Shown: piece by piece, positions 20,570 through 30,516 of the stretch | Layout of the letters: every line of letters starts with the position of its first letter | How positions within the stretch are numbered: the first letter of the stretch is position 1 | DNA from: Alphaproteobacteria bacterium | GTDB lineage: Bacteria; Pseudomonadota; Alphaproteobacteria; GCA-2731375 | NCBI GenBank assembly: GCA_965225945.1 | Contig: CBDDBZ010000020.1 | Location: 32,001-96,000, forward strand | Direction: 5' to 3' | DNA length: 64,000 nucleotides | The notes under the pieces: generated by a model | Databases searched by the model: none | What the model was told of the DNA's origin: nothing | Seen by the model: only the letters and a program-made list of their open reading frames with translations | Translations under genes and position numbers: made by a program

Positions 20570-23299
20570 TATCTCGATCACGAGGCTGGTTTTTGGTCTC
20601 GCGCAACAGATCAGAATATGGCCCGGGCCAGGCTCGTCCAGAGGCTCTTCGAAATATTCGACCTCGCCCTCGGTTAATTCGGAGATGCAGGTGTTGCAGA
20701 TGCCCGACCGGCAGCTGTAGTCGGGGTTCAGGCCCTGCCTCTCGGCCAACTCCAGGATGCTGTCGCACGTCGGGTCCCAGCCGACGGTCAGGCCCGTACG
20801 CGCGAAGGCAACTTGGATCCCGCCGACGAGTTCCGCCTCGGCTGGCGGCATCTCTCCTTGACGGGCGGGTTCGGTGTCGTCTTGCAGGATCGAGCCCGGA
20901 CCGAAGAACTCGTAATGGATTCGCGCCTCGGAGACACTCAGAGACAGCAAGCCACAATAGAGTGTCTTCATGAAAGGCGGCGGCCCACACAGATAGAAGT
21001 CGTAATCATCGAACGGAAGCAATTGTTTCAACAGCCCGATATCGACGCGCCCCGGACTGTCATAGTCGCGGCCTTCGACGTCGTCCGGGTCGGGGTCGCT
21101 ATAGCGGATATGAGCGCAAATGTTGTTATTCTCTTCGGCGATCCTTCGAACATGCTGGCCCATGGCGTGCTCGCGGCCATTGCGCACGCCATGAATAAAC
21201 CATACCGGTTGCCCGGAGCGGCTCCGAACGATCGCGTTCATCATGGCGATCATCGGGGTCAGGCCGACGCCACCGCTCAGCAGGACGATCGCCCGTTCGC
21301 TCTCCTGGTGGAGATGGAATTTGCCACGCGGTGCACCGACACGCAGCTTTGTGCCGACCTCTACCCGGTCATGGAAATAATTGGACGATAGCCCAGGTGG
21401 CAAGTCGGGTTTTTCCCGAGGGGCGGGCTCGCGCTTTATGCTGACGCGATAATATTCGGGATTGGCACACTCGGAGAGAGAGTACGTGCGGATCACCGGC
21501 TTTTCGTGGCCCGGAATGTCGAGTTCGAATGTGAGGAACTGGCCGGGTCGGAAATCGGGCAGGGCCACGCCATCCTCCGGCAACAAATAGAAGGAGGTGA
21601 TGGTCTCGCTTTCCGGCTCCTTGCGCTCGACGATGAAATTCCGGATTCCCTGTCGACCCCGGATCGATCTCTCCGCCTTGGCGAGTCTCTCCTGAAACGA
21701 GCCCTTCCAGCCGTGCGAGAGCGCCGGAATTTGTAGCGCTTGCCTGGTGGCCTCCAGATCGTCCTTGTCGAAGAACAGAAGATTGCTGACTTTGCTCACC
21801 GTCAAGCGGCGTGGATCTCTCCTGACAAGTTCGATGGCGTCGCCGGCTCCAACCTCACCCTCTTCGAGGACGCGGAGATAGAACCCGACCCTGCCGCTTT
21901 TAAGGAACCGATTCTGAAACCCATCGCTTCCCATTTTGATCGCGAGCTTGTAGCAGGGGATGCGGGGCTGGCTCACTTCGACAAGTGCGTCGCCGATGCG
22001 GAACACATCGCCGATACAAATCTCATCGTCGAGCATGCCTTCGACGGTGAAATTCTCACCGAACTGCCCGAGGGTGAAATCGCCACGCCCGAGTTCGTGC
22101 TCCCAATAGGCGTAGTTCTCGAACGGATAGGCGTAGACCGCGCGGAAGGCACCCCCATGGCCCCAAAGATCCGCCTGCCCGTCCCCTTCCAAGTTGAGTC
22201 GCCGCAGCATGATCCGGCCGTCGACGGGCGCCTTGAAGATGCCCGTCGTCACGGCTTTGTTCTCGTGTTCGATATCCCTCGGCATGGATATGTTGACGGA
22301 CAGAAGCGACATCGGCGCGTGCGCCTCGGTCCCCGGGGTCTCGCAATCCACTGATTCGAACGCGTCGAAGACGGGGGAATAGTCCTGGAACCGCCACGTC
22401 AAGGGCAAGGCCACCTCGATGTGGATGACGTCCTCGAGCTGGAACGATACCACCCGCTTGGCGCCGGGGAACCTGCAAACATGCTCGGGCTCCCAGAGGA
22501 TCGCGGCTTCCCCTGTGAGCTGAAGGCAATCTCCGGTGTCAAAATCGATGAACAGGAGGCCGCATCTCGGATCGACCTCGATGTTGCCCAGCGTGTTGAA
22601 CATGCAGTTGCCGGCGTAATCGGGGAACAGAAGCAAACTTTCATGGGCCACGATGACGAATCCGGGCCGACCGCCACGGTGCGATACGTCGACCCCGTGG
22701 CTCCAGTCCTCGCTATCCTCGGAGAATTGGCTGGCGATGAACAGGGTGTCGGAGCGGGCGATGAGGGCCGCTTCGTCTTTCGTTAGCGCGGAACCGCGAT
22801 TCACCACCCTCTTATCGCCGATGTCCATGATGTCGTCTGTGAACTGGTATTGACGAGATTGGATGTATTTCGGGCAGTTGCCAAAACTCTGCGCCACCCG
22901 GATTTCGAACGCTTCTTCGCATGCGTGCGCGATCTTTCCGTTCGCCCGATTTCGCCGGCGGGTATCGAATTCAAGCCCGAGAACCCCGATCTCGGCACCC
23001 TCGACCAGCGCCTTGGCCAACGGATCGCCGTAGATCGGCCGCGCCGTGACCACGAGCGTCCGGGGATCGATCGCACGGACGAAGCCAGGGTTCCCCGCAA
23101 GGACCGATGCCCACGGCCGACCACAGGCGTCCACCGAACCGACCACCAAGAGTGGAAGCCGCGCAAAAAACGCCTGATGCTGTTCCGGCATGTGGTCGCG
23201 AATGACCCGACTCCCCAACGCCTCCATCCTGTCTTGTATTCCGAGCCGGGCCTGGATCGTTTTCTCGCCTCGGTGAAATGGTGACGTCCCGTTCGACAT
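20567..23299 (-). CDS. Multidomain oxidoreductase: PNPOx-like FMN-binding x2 + MOSC/3-alpha + FAD/NAD-binding + 2Fe-2S ferredoxin
   Basis: PFHRGE...RDHMPEQH, NCPKYIQ, DVSHRGG (PNPOx-like); TGIFK, GENFTVEG, QPRIPCYK (MOSC); RTYSLS, GGVGLTPM, YLCGP (FNR-like); CRSGICNTC...ICC (Fer2). Confidence 0.85.
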   Translation of the reverse strand: MSNGTSPFHRGEKTIQARLGIQDRMEALGSRVIRDHMPEQHQAFFARLPLLVVGSVDACGRPWASVLAGNPGFVRAIDPRTLVVTARPIYGDPLAKALVEGAEIGVLGLEFDTRRRNRANGKIAHACEEAFEIRVAQSFGNCPKYIQSRQYQFTDDIMDIGDKRVVNRGSALTKDEAALIARSDTLFIASQFSEDSEDWSHGVDVSHRGGRPGFVIVAHESLLLFPDYAGNCMFNTLGNIEVDPRCGLLFIDFDTGDCLQLTGEAAILWEPEHVCRFPGAKRVVSFQLEDVIHIEVALPLTWRFQDYSPVFDAFESVDCETPGTEAHAPMSLLSVNISMPRDIEHENKAVTTGIFKAPVDGRIMLRRLNLEGDGQADLWGHGGAFRAVYAYPFENYAYWEHELGRGDFTLGQFGENFTVEGMLDDEICIGDVFRIGDALVEVSQPRIPCYKLAIKMGSDGFQNRFLKSGRVGFYLRVLEEGEVGAGDAIELVRRDPRRLTVSKVSNLLFFDKDDLEATRQALQIPALSHGWKGSFQERLAKAERSIRGRQGIRNFIVERKEPESETITSFYLLPEDGVALPDFRPGQFLTFELDIPGHEKPVIRTYSLSECANPEYYRVSIKREPAPREKPDLPPGLSSNYFHDRVEVGTKLRVGAPRGKFHLHQESERAIVLLSGGVGLTPMIAMMNAIVRSRSGQPVWFIHGVRNGREHAMGQHVRRIAEENNNICAHIRYSDPDPDDVEGRDYDSPGRVDIGLLKQLLPFDDYDFYLCGPPPFMKTLYCGLLSLSVSEARIHYEFFGPGSILQDDTEPARQGEMPPAEAELVGGIQVAFARTGLTVGWDPTCDSILELAERQGLNPDYSCRSGICNTCISELTEGEVEYFEEPLDEPGPGHILICCARPKTSLVIEI

Positions 23300-23376
23300 A
23301 TCCGATCACTCCGCTTGTCCAAAAACGTTCAATCCAATCATTGCTCGCACGGGCGCCTCACGGTTCGATTTTTAGG

Positions 23377-24756
23377 CTATTCGAGGGGCTTCAGATCCCC
23401 CAGCATCGTCGGGATCAACTCGGTGACGGTGGGGTGGATATGCACGGCGCGCTGGATCACGGTGTAGGGCGCGTCGGCGTACATCACGTCGAGTAGGGAA
23501 TGGATGACCTCGTCGCCGCCGATCCCGAGGATCGCCGCCCCGAGGATCCTCTTGCTTTCGGCGTCGATCAAGACCTTCATGAAGCCCTGTGTCTCGCCGC
23601 GCTCCCGCGCGCGTCCGACGCGCGCCATCATCATCTTGCCGATCAATGCCTTGCGGCCCGACTCCCGGACCTCGCGCTCGGTCATCCCGGCGCGGCCGAG
23701 AGGCGGGTCGATGAAGAGCCCGTAGTTGGTGATCCGGTCGCTGACCCGGCGGGGATCGTCGTCGAACATGTTGGCGGCGAGAATTTCGTAATCATTGTAC
23801 GAGGTGTGGGTGAACGCCGCCCGCCCGTTCGCGTCGCCGATCGCCCAGATGCCGGTAACGTTGGTGCCAAGCTGATCGTCGACAACGATGAAGCCGCGCC
23901 CGTCGGTCTCGACGCCGGCCTTGTCGAGCCCGAGATCGTCGGTGTTGGGGCGGCGGCCGACCGCCAGCAGCAGGTGCGAGCCGACGACCTCTTCGGGGCC
24001 TGGATCGCAGCTCGCGGTTATCGCCACCTGGTCGCCGCGATTCTCCAGGCTCACGCACTCCGCGCCGAGGCGCACCTCGACGCCTTCGTTCTCCATGATC
24101 TCCTTCACCGCCTGGGAGACATCCTCGTCGTCGCGCGCGATCAGCCGGTCGCCCATCTCCACGACGGTGACGCGGCTGCCAAAGCGGCGGTACATCTGGG
24201 CGAACTCCAGCCCGATGTAGCTCCCGCCGATGATCACCAGATGCTCGGGCAGGAAGTCGACCTCCATCATGCTCGAGTTGGTCAGGTAGTCGACGGCGTT
24301 CACGCCCGGCATGTCGGGAATTCGCGCACGCGCGCCGACGTTGAGGATGATCCGCGCGGCCTCCAGCACCTCGCCGTCGACGCGGACCGAGTTGGCGCTC
24401 TCGAGGCGGCCATGGCCCTCGTACACGGTCAGGTTCTCCATGTTCTCGAGCCAATTCGTGACCCCTTCGTTGGATTGTTTGACGATGCCGTCCTTGCGTG
24501 CCTTGACCTGCTTCATATCGACCTTGATCCGCCCCTCGATGGTGACGCCGAAATCGCCGCCGCGCCGCGCCATGTGCGCGGCCCGCGCGCTTGCGACCAA
24601 AGTCTTGGTCGGGATACAGCCGACGTTGACGCAGGTGCCGCCAAATAGCTTCCGTTCGATGATCGCCACCTTCATGCCCTCTCGGGTCATCCGTTGCGCC
24701 AGCGACGGCCCCGCTTGGCCGGTGCCGATGATGATTGCATCGAATTTTTCAGCCAT
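23377..24756 (-). CDS. Pyridine nucleotide-disulfide oxidoreductase (MerA/RclA-like, no C-terminal Cys pair)
   Basis: GTGQAG, GGTCVNVGCIPTK, GGSYIGLE, HIHPT. Confidence 0.88.
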   Translation of the reverse strand: MAEKFDAIIIGTGQAGPSLAQRMTREGMKVAIIERKLFGGTCVNVGCIPTKTLVASARAAHMARRGGDFGVTIEGRIKVDMKQVKARKDGIVKQSNEGVTNWLENMENLTVYEGHGRLESANSVRVDGEVLEAARIILNVGARARIPDMPGVNAVDYLTNSSMMEVDFLPEHLVIIGGSYIGLEFAQMYRRFGSRVTVVEMGDRLIARDDEDVSQAVKEIMENEGVEVRLGAECVSLENRGDQVAITASCDPGPEEVVGSHLLLAVGRRPNTDDLGLDKAGVETDGRGFIVVDDQLGTNVTGIWAIGDANGRAAFTHTSYNDYEILAANMFDDDPRRVSDRITNYGLFIDPPLGRAGMTEREVRESGRKALIGKMMMARVGRARERGETQGFMKVLIDAESKRILGAAILGIGGDEVIHSLLDVMYADAPYTVIQRAVHIHPTVTELIPTMLGDLKPLE

Positions 24757-24784
24757 GTCCCACCCTCCAAATACCTAAAAATCG

Positions 24785-26371
24785 GTAACTGCCCAGGTAG
24801 CTGATTTCGATGAGGCTGCGGATTGGGTCTCTGGGGGCAGATTTTGTGGGTTTGGGGCGCTGACGGCCTAGATTTCGTTTGACAGAGGGTGGTTGATCGA
24901 TTCTAAGGATTCGATGGATAGGGATGTTCTTGTCTTTTTGTCGAAAGACGAGCTGATCGATGTGGTGCTGGCCCAAGGGTCGCGGCTCGCCGAGTTCGAA
25001 CTCCGGCTTGGTGAACTCGAGCGCCGGCTTGGCCTGAACAGCGGCAAGCCACCGTCGAGCGATGGATTGAACAAGCCACCGGCGGGTAAAAAGAAGCGCA
25101 CCAGGAGCCTCCGTAAGAAATCGGCCCGCAAGCCGGGCGGGCAAAAGGGCCACAAGGGCGAGACCCTGCGCCAAGTCGCCGATCCCGACGCCACCGTCGA
25201 CCATTATCCCGAGACGTGCCAGTGGTGTGGTTCGGGATTGACGCCGGATATGGCTACCGGCCATGGGGCCCGCCAGGTTTTCGATCTACCCGAGCCCCGG
25301 CCCCTGGTGGTCACGGAGCATCGGGCGCATCGCTGCCGTTGCGGGCATTGCGGCACGTACACTCGGGCTTCTTTTCCCGTCGCCATCACCGGCCCGGTTC
25401 AATACGGCGCTCGGATCGGAGCCATGGTGGTCTACCTGTCGCACTACCAACTCCTGCCCGAGGACCGCCTGGCTGAATTGATGAAGGATCTGTTCGGGGC
25501 GGAACTGTCTCCGGCGAGCCTCGCGCGGAGGGGCGGGAACAGCGCCGAGTCCGTCCAAGGCGTCGTCGATGTGATCCGCGAACTGGTGAAATCGGCGCCG
25601 GTCAAGCACATGGACGAGACCGGCTTGCGGATCGCCGGGCGGACCCAATGGTTGCACGTCGCCTCGACCGCGCGGTTGACCTTCTATCGGGTCTCGGAGC
25701 GACGCGGCAGCCTGCTCGGCGGAGTCGGCGGCATCGTCGTCCATGACCACTGGAAGCCGTACTTTACGATGGAGGGCGTACGGCACGCGCTGTGCAACGC
25801 CCATCACCTGCGCGAGTTGCAAGCCCTGATCGAGATCGAGAAGGAGGGCTGGGCACGCAAGATGCAGAGACTATTGCGCCGCGCCTGCCACGCGGTAAAT
25901 CTCGCCCGGGAGCGGGGCGTGGCGCTGAAACCAGGCCTCGTCGAGCGCTTCCGAGGGTGTTACGACGCGATCACGGCCGAGGGCATCGCCTTTCACGAGG
26001 CACAACCTCCTCTTGCGCCCAAATCGAGCAAGGCCAAGCGCCGGGGAAGCAAGCCGCGCCGCACCGGGCACAACCTTCTCCGGCGCCTTCAGACACACAA
26101 GGAAGACGCGCTGCGCTTCCTCATCAATTTCGCCGTGCCGTTCACCAACAATCAGGCCGAGCAGGACGGGCGCATGATGAAGGTCAAGCAGAAAATCTCC
26201 GGCGGCTTCCGCAGCCAGAAAGGCGCCGAAGATTTTGCCACCGTCCGCGGCTTCATCTCGACCGCTAGAAAACAGGGCTGGAACATCATCCAGGCGCTCA
26301 TGGAAAATCCCGAAACCCTGATCGAGCGTCTCCACGCCGCCTAAAAGGCCACCATGTACCTGGGCAGTTAC
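24785..26371 (+). mobile_element. IS66-family insertion sequence (single-ORF type)
   Basis: 15-bp terminal IR GTAACTGCCCAGGTA / TACCTGGGCAGTTAC; 8-bp TSD AAAAATCG at 24777-24784 and 26372-26379. Confidence 0.93.
24914..26344 (+). CDS. IS66 transposase
   Basis: KPPSSD, KPGGQKGHKG, zinc finger, HMDETG, CNAHHLREL, PFTNNQAEQDGR. Confidence 0.93.
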   Translation: MDRDVLVFLSKDELIDVVLAQGSRLAEFELRLGELERRLGLNSGKPPSSDGLNKPPAGKKKRTRSLRKKSARKPGGQKGHKGETLRQVADPDATVDHYPETCQWCGSGLTPDMATGHGARQVFDLPEPRPLVVTEHRAHRCRCGHCGTYTRASFPVAITGPVQYGARIGAMVVYLSHYQLLPEDRLAELMKDLFGAELSPASLARRGGNSAESVQGVVDVIRELVKSAPVKHMDETGLRIAGRTQWLHVASTARLTFYRVSERRGSLLGGVGGIVVHDHWKPYFTMEGVRHALCNAHHLRELQALIEIEKEGWARKMQRLLRRACHAVNLARERGVALKPGLVERFRGCYDAITAEGIAFHEAQPPLAPKSSKAKRRGSKPRRTGHNLLRRLQTHKEDALRFLINFAVPFTNNQAEQDGRMMKVKQKISGGFRSQKGAEDFATVRGFISTARKQGWNIIQALMENPETLIERLHAA

Positions 26372-26395
26372 AAAAATCGTATCATTCTTGTCAGG

Positions 26396-27537
26396 TATAC
26401 CCCGACTCCCCGCAGACCCGAAAAAGTTCTGGCAATCCGGCTGCGGATCGATTCTTCTCGCGGTCATGATTCGCGGTGGATTTCTGAGCATCGAGGAACG
26501 CGCGGCCCTGGAGGCGGTGATGGGGCATCCGAGCGAGACCCACGGGGTGGCGCGCCGCGCGAACGCCGTTCTGCTCTTGGATGACGGCTTGAGCTGCGTC
26601 GAGGTGGCGAAGGTGCTCTACCTCGACGACGACACGGTGCGGACGTGGCTGAAGCGCTACCGTGCGGGCGGCCTGGATGAAATGACGCTGTTCGACTGGC
26701 ATGGCCGGTCGGGCCATCTGAGCCGGGAGCAAGAGGCGGAGCTTTCGGCCCATCTGAGCCAACGGCTTTACCGCGATACCGGCGAGGTGGCGGCCCATAT
26801 CAAGGCGACCTACGGAGTGATCTACAGCCATTCGGGCTGCATCAAGGTGATGCATCGCCTGGGCTTCGAATACAAGCGCCCGAAAAGCCTGCCGGCTCAG
26901 GCCGATGAGGCCGAGCAGGCCGCCTTTATCGAGGCCTATGATAAGTTGCTCAACGGCTTGGCCGCCGACGAGGTGGTCTACTTCGCCGATGCGGTGCACC
27001 CGGAATTCCAGTCCCGCCCAGTCCATGGCTGGGTCAAGAAGGGCGACAAAGTGGCGTTACGCCGGACCTCGGGGCGCCAGCGCATCAATCTCCACGGCGC
27101 GCTCAACCTGGAAAACTTCCACTGCCCCTTGGTCCAGGCCGAGAGGATCAACGCCGCCTCGACGATCGCGCTGTTCGAGATGCTGGAGGCCACCAATCCC
27201 GGCAAGTCGCGGATCTATGTCTTCGCCGACAATGCCCGCTATCACCACGCCCGCCTGGTCCGACAATGGCTGGAGAGACCGGGTTGCCGCATCAAGCTCA
27301 TCTTCCAACCGTCCTACGCTCCCCACCTCAACGCCATCGAGCGATTATGGGGCGTCATGCATCGCGAGGTGACCCACAACAGCTTCTACGCCAGCTTCGC
27401 CCTCTTCACCGAAGCCATCGACGATTTCTTCCGCCGACGACTGCCACGAGAGTGGACGACGTGGCGCGACACCATCACCGACAATTTCCGAATCATCTCG
27501 CACAAGGATTTTCGGGTTCTGGGGTGAGGCGAGTATA
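26396..27537 (+). mobile_element. IS630-family insertion sequence
   Basis: Imperfect IRs (TATACCCCGACTCCCCGCAGACCCGAAAA vs reverse complement TATACTCGCCTCACCCCAGAACCCGAAAA) with TA at both ends. Confidence 0.8.
26466..27527 (+). CDS. IS630 transposase
   Basis: N-terminal HTH, YFADAVHP, DNARYH, PSYAPHLNAIERLW. Confidence 0.92.
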   Translation: MIRGGFLSIEERAALEAVMGHPSETHGVARRANAVLLLDDGLSCVEVAKVLYLDDDTVRTWLKRYRAGGLDEMTLFDWHGRSGHLSREQEAELSAHLSQRLYRDTGEVAAHIKATYGVIYSHSGCIKVMHRLGFEYKRPKSLPAQADEAEQAAFIEAYDKLLNGLAADEVVYFADAVHPEFQSRPVHGWVKKGDKVALRRTSGRQRINLHGALNLENFHCPLVQAERINAASTIALFEMLEATNPGKSRIYVFADNARYHHARLVRQWLERPGCRIKLIFQPSYAPHLNAIERLWGVMHREVTHNSFYASFALFTEAIDDFFRRRLPREWTTWRDTITDNFRIISHKDFRVLG

Positions 27538-27569
27538 TTTGCATCTGAGTTGGCGTTTATGGCGGCAAC

Positions 27570-28792
27570 CATGGTACACGACGGCATTTACGTAGGACGT
27601 TGAAAAGGTTGTAGGATTCCCGATTCACTCCACGACGAGTCAAGAGGGAAATCATGCGAGACAACCCGATCAACGCCCTGCGTGAGACGCTACGATGCGG
27701 CTTCGCCTTTCGCAAGAGCCGTCTGGAGAGCCTTTGCGTCTTGGTCTTCGGCGTGTTCGTCGCCCGGACGGTGAACCTCTCTCACTTGGCCTGCCATTTT
27801 CCGGGGCGCGCGCGATCCAGCTCCAACTATCGGCGCCTGCAACGGTTTTTCGAGCAAGTCGATTTCGATTACGATCGCCTCGCCGAGTTCCTGGTCGCGA
27901 TGATGGGGCTCCAGGCGGGGCCGTGGCGGCTGACCATGGACCGGACCAACTGGCGGCTGGGTCGCCGCGACGTCAACATCTTGATGATCGGCATCGTCAA
28001 CCGCGCCATCGCCATTCCCGTGTGCTGGCGGGTGCTCGACAAGGCGGGCAATTCCAATACCAAGGAGCGGATCGCGATCCTCGAACACGTCCTCCGGCTC
28101 TTCGGGGTCGACAAGATCGCCAGCCTCCTGGCCGACCGGGAATTCATCGGCGACGCCTGGCTGGCATGGTTGCAGGAAAAGGCCATCCCCTTTCACATCC
28201 GCATCCGATCCAACATCAAGATCGCCAACACGCGTGGTCGCATGGTCAAGGCGAGGGAGCTGTTTCGCGACCTCAAACCCGGGGAAAGCCGCATCCTCTC
28301 CAACGCCAGGCGCCTCTCGGAGGCCAGAAAACCCAAGGCCAGGCCCGTCTTCGTCGCCGCGCTCCATCTCAAGACCGGCGAACTGTTGATCGTCGTGACC
28401 AACGACGCGCCCGAGGAGGCCTTGGCCATCTACGCCCAGCGCTGGCAAATCGAGACCCTCTTCGCCGCCTTGAAAACCCGTGGCTTCAACCTCGAAGACA
28501 CCCACATGACCGACCCGGAGCGCATCTCCAAGCTCACCGCCGTCCTTTCCATCACCTTCTGCTGGGCGCACAAAGTCGGCGATTGGCTCCACGAGGCCGA
28601 GCCGATCCGCCTCAAAACCCACAAAAGGATGGCAAAATCCATCTTCCGATACGGTTTCGAGTGGATAAGGCGACAGCTCGTCAATCCTATCGACAGGCGT
28701 CAAGCCATTGAGCTGATTCGTTTCCTCGTCCCCGGAAAACCACCAGTCCAGGTGCCCAGGCCAAAGCCAGCATGAACGAGTCGTGTACTGTG
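27570..28792 (+). mobile_element. IS4-family insertion sequence, copy 1 (1223 bp)
   Basis: IRs CATGGTACACGAC / GTCGTGTACTGTG; 9-bp TSD GGCGGCAAC at 27561-27569 and 28793-28801. Confidence 0.93.
27654..28775 (+). CDS. IS4 (IS10-like) transposase
   Basis: MDRTNW, ADREFIG, YAQRWQIETLFAALKTRGFNLEDTH (YREK signature). Confidence 0.93.
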   Translation: MRDNPINALRETLRCGFAFRKSRLESLCVLVFGVFVARTVNLSHLACHFPGRARSSSNYRRLQRFFEQVDFDYDRLAEFLVAMMGLQAGPWRLTMDRTNWRLGRRDVNILMIGIVNRAIAIPVCWRVLDKAGNSNTKERIAILEHVLRLFGVDKIASLLADREFIGDAWLAWLQEKAIPFHIRIRSNIKIANTRGRMVKARELFRDLKPGESRILSNARRLSEARKPKARPVFVAALHLKTGELLIVVTNDAPEEALAIYAQRWQIETLFAALKTRGFNLEDTHMTDPERISKLTAVLSITFCWAHKVGDWLHEAEPIRLKTHKRMAKSIFRYGFEWIRRQLVNPIDRRQAIELIRFLVPGKPPVQVPRPKPA

Positions 28793-28885
28793 GGCGGCAA
28801 CAATGTTCACATGCATTCGGGCTGTCGAAGCTGGCCATCCGTTTTCGGCGGACGCCCGCTCTTGGCTACGAGTGACCGAATCCGC

Positions 28886-28956
28886 CACCTCCGCCCCAAT
28901 CCGAATTATCGGTCAAATGCCGGAGGAATTTCGGACCCGCCACTGCGAGGCGCGGG
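28886..28956 (+). repeat. Degenerate copy of an internal tetR segment
   Basis: About 60/71 identity by manual alignment to 20243-20313. Confidence 0.75.
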
Positions 28957-28984
28957 GCGGCTTCGGGGGCTTTCGAGTCGGAAC

Positions 28985-29667
28985 TCACGAAATCAGGCCG
29001 AGCGCCTTCAAGCTCGCGTGCTGGCCGTGGCCGACGATCACGTGGTCGTGCACCGCGATGTCCATCGCCTTCGCGCCTCGACCACCAGCTTGGTCATGTC
29101 GATATCGGCGCGGCTCGGCGTCGGATCGCCCGAGGGGTGGTTGTGTACCAGGATGATCGCGGTGGCGCCGAGCTCGAGGGCCCGCTTCACCACCTCTCGG
29201 GGATAGACCGGCGTGTGATCGACGGTGCCGCGCTGCTGCTCCTCGTCGGCGATCAGGTAATTGCGGCGATCAAGGAAGAGGACGCGGAAGCTCTCGGTGC
29301 GTTCATGGCCCATGGCGATCTGCAGATAGTCCTGCAGCGCGGTCCAGGAACTGAGGGTGGGTCGCTCCCTGAGGCGTCCCCGCGCCAGCCGACGGGCGCC
29401 GGCGTCGACCGCCTTCAGGATCGCCACCGCGCCCTCGCCGATGCCGGCGACGCGACGAAGTTGCCTGGGCGGCGCGCTGACCACGGCAGCGAAATCTCCG
29501 AACTCCGTCAATAGACGCTTGGCCAGCGGCTTCACGTCGCCCCTGGGATTGGCGCCGAAGAGCAGCAGCTCCAGCAGTTCGTAGTCCGGCAAGGCGTCCG
29601 GATCGGCGGCGAGGAAGCGCTCTCGCAACCGCCGGCGATGACCGTGATAGTGGGGTTTCTCGGCCAT
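28985..29667 (-). pseudogene. radC: DNA repair protein RadC with a 1-bp frameshift near 29073
   Basis: [27 protein letters not shown]. Restoring one G gives [17 protein letters not shown]...SLKALGLIS*. May be a sequencing error. Confidence 0.85.
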
Positions 29668-29676
29668 GGCGCGGGC

Positions 29677-30498
29677 TCACTCGAACGGAGGCTGGTGCTT
29701 TCCGGCGGGCGAGGTGGTGAAGATCTCAACACCGTCGGCGGTGACGCCGACGCTGTGCTCGAACTGTGCCGAGAGCGAACGGTCCTTGGTCACGGCGGTC
29801 CAGCCGTCGCTCAATATCTTCACCTGCCATTTGCCCAGGTTGATCATCGGCTCGACGGTGAAGAACATCCCCTCCTTGAGCGTGATGCCGCTGCCGGCCT
29901 CGCCGTAATGCAGGACGTTCGGCGCGTCGTGAAAGACCCGGCCGAGGCCGTGGCCGCAGAAATCCCGGACCACCGAATAGCGCCGCGCCTCGGCGAAGCT
30001 CTGGATCGCGTGGCCGATGTCGCCGAGGCGCGCGCCGGGCTCGATTTGCCCGATTCCCAGCATCATCGCCTCGTATGTGGTCTCGACCAGCCTGCGGGCC
30101 TTCAGGGCGACGTCGCCGAGGAGGAACATCCGGCTGGAATCGCCGTGCCAACCGTCCAGGATGACCGTGATGTCGATGTTGCAGATGTCGCCGTTCTTCA
30201 GCACGCGATCGCCCGGAATGCCGTGACAGACGACGTGATTGATCGAGGTGCAGATCGACTTCGGGAAGCCGCGATAGTTGAGCGGCGCCGCGATCGCCTG
30301 GTGATCGAGGATGAATTCGTGGCAGATCCGGTCCAATTCGCCGGTCGTGACGCCCGGGTGGACGTGGGCGATGAGCATGTCGAGGACTTCCGCGGCGAGC
30401 CGTCCGGCCCGCCGCATCGCCTCGAATTCCCCGGCGCCGTGCAACTTGATAAGTCCGGTATTGCGCTCCGGCGCCTCGGTCGCCGTGACATAGTTCAT
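29677..30498 (-). CDS. map: Type I methionine aminopeptidase
   Basis: VVCHGIP, DGWHGDSSR, GHGLG, FTVEPMIN, SAQFEH. Confidence 0.96.
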   Translation of the reverse strand: MNYVTATEAPERNTGLIKLHGAGEFEAMRRAGRLAAEVLDMLIAHVHPGVTTGELDRICHEFILDHQAIAAPLNYRGFPKSICTSINHVVCHGIPGDRVLKNGDICNIDITVILDGWHGDSSRMFLLGDVALKARRLVETTYEAMMLGIGQIEPGARLGDIGHAIQSFAEARRYSVVRDFCGHGLGRVFHDAPNVLHYGEAGSGITLKEGMFFTVEPMINLGKWQVKILSDGWTAVTKDRSLSAQFEHSVGVTADGVEIFTTSPAGKHQPPFE

Positions 30499-30516
30499 GC
30501 CCTGCGTTCCTCGGCT

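Noticed and set aside
23377-24756. True mercuric reductase MerA / mer operon
   Set aside because: No C-terminal Cys-Cys pair, no NmerA domain, and no merR/T/P nearby.
29060-29085. Programmed frameshifts in radC (and in the helicase near 63872)
   Set aside because: No slippery heptamer is present. Single-base indels are better explained by mutation or sequencing error.
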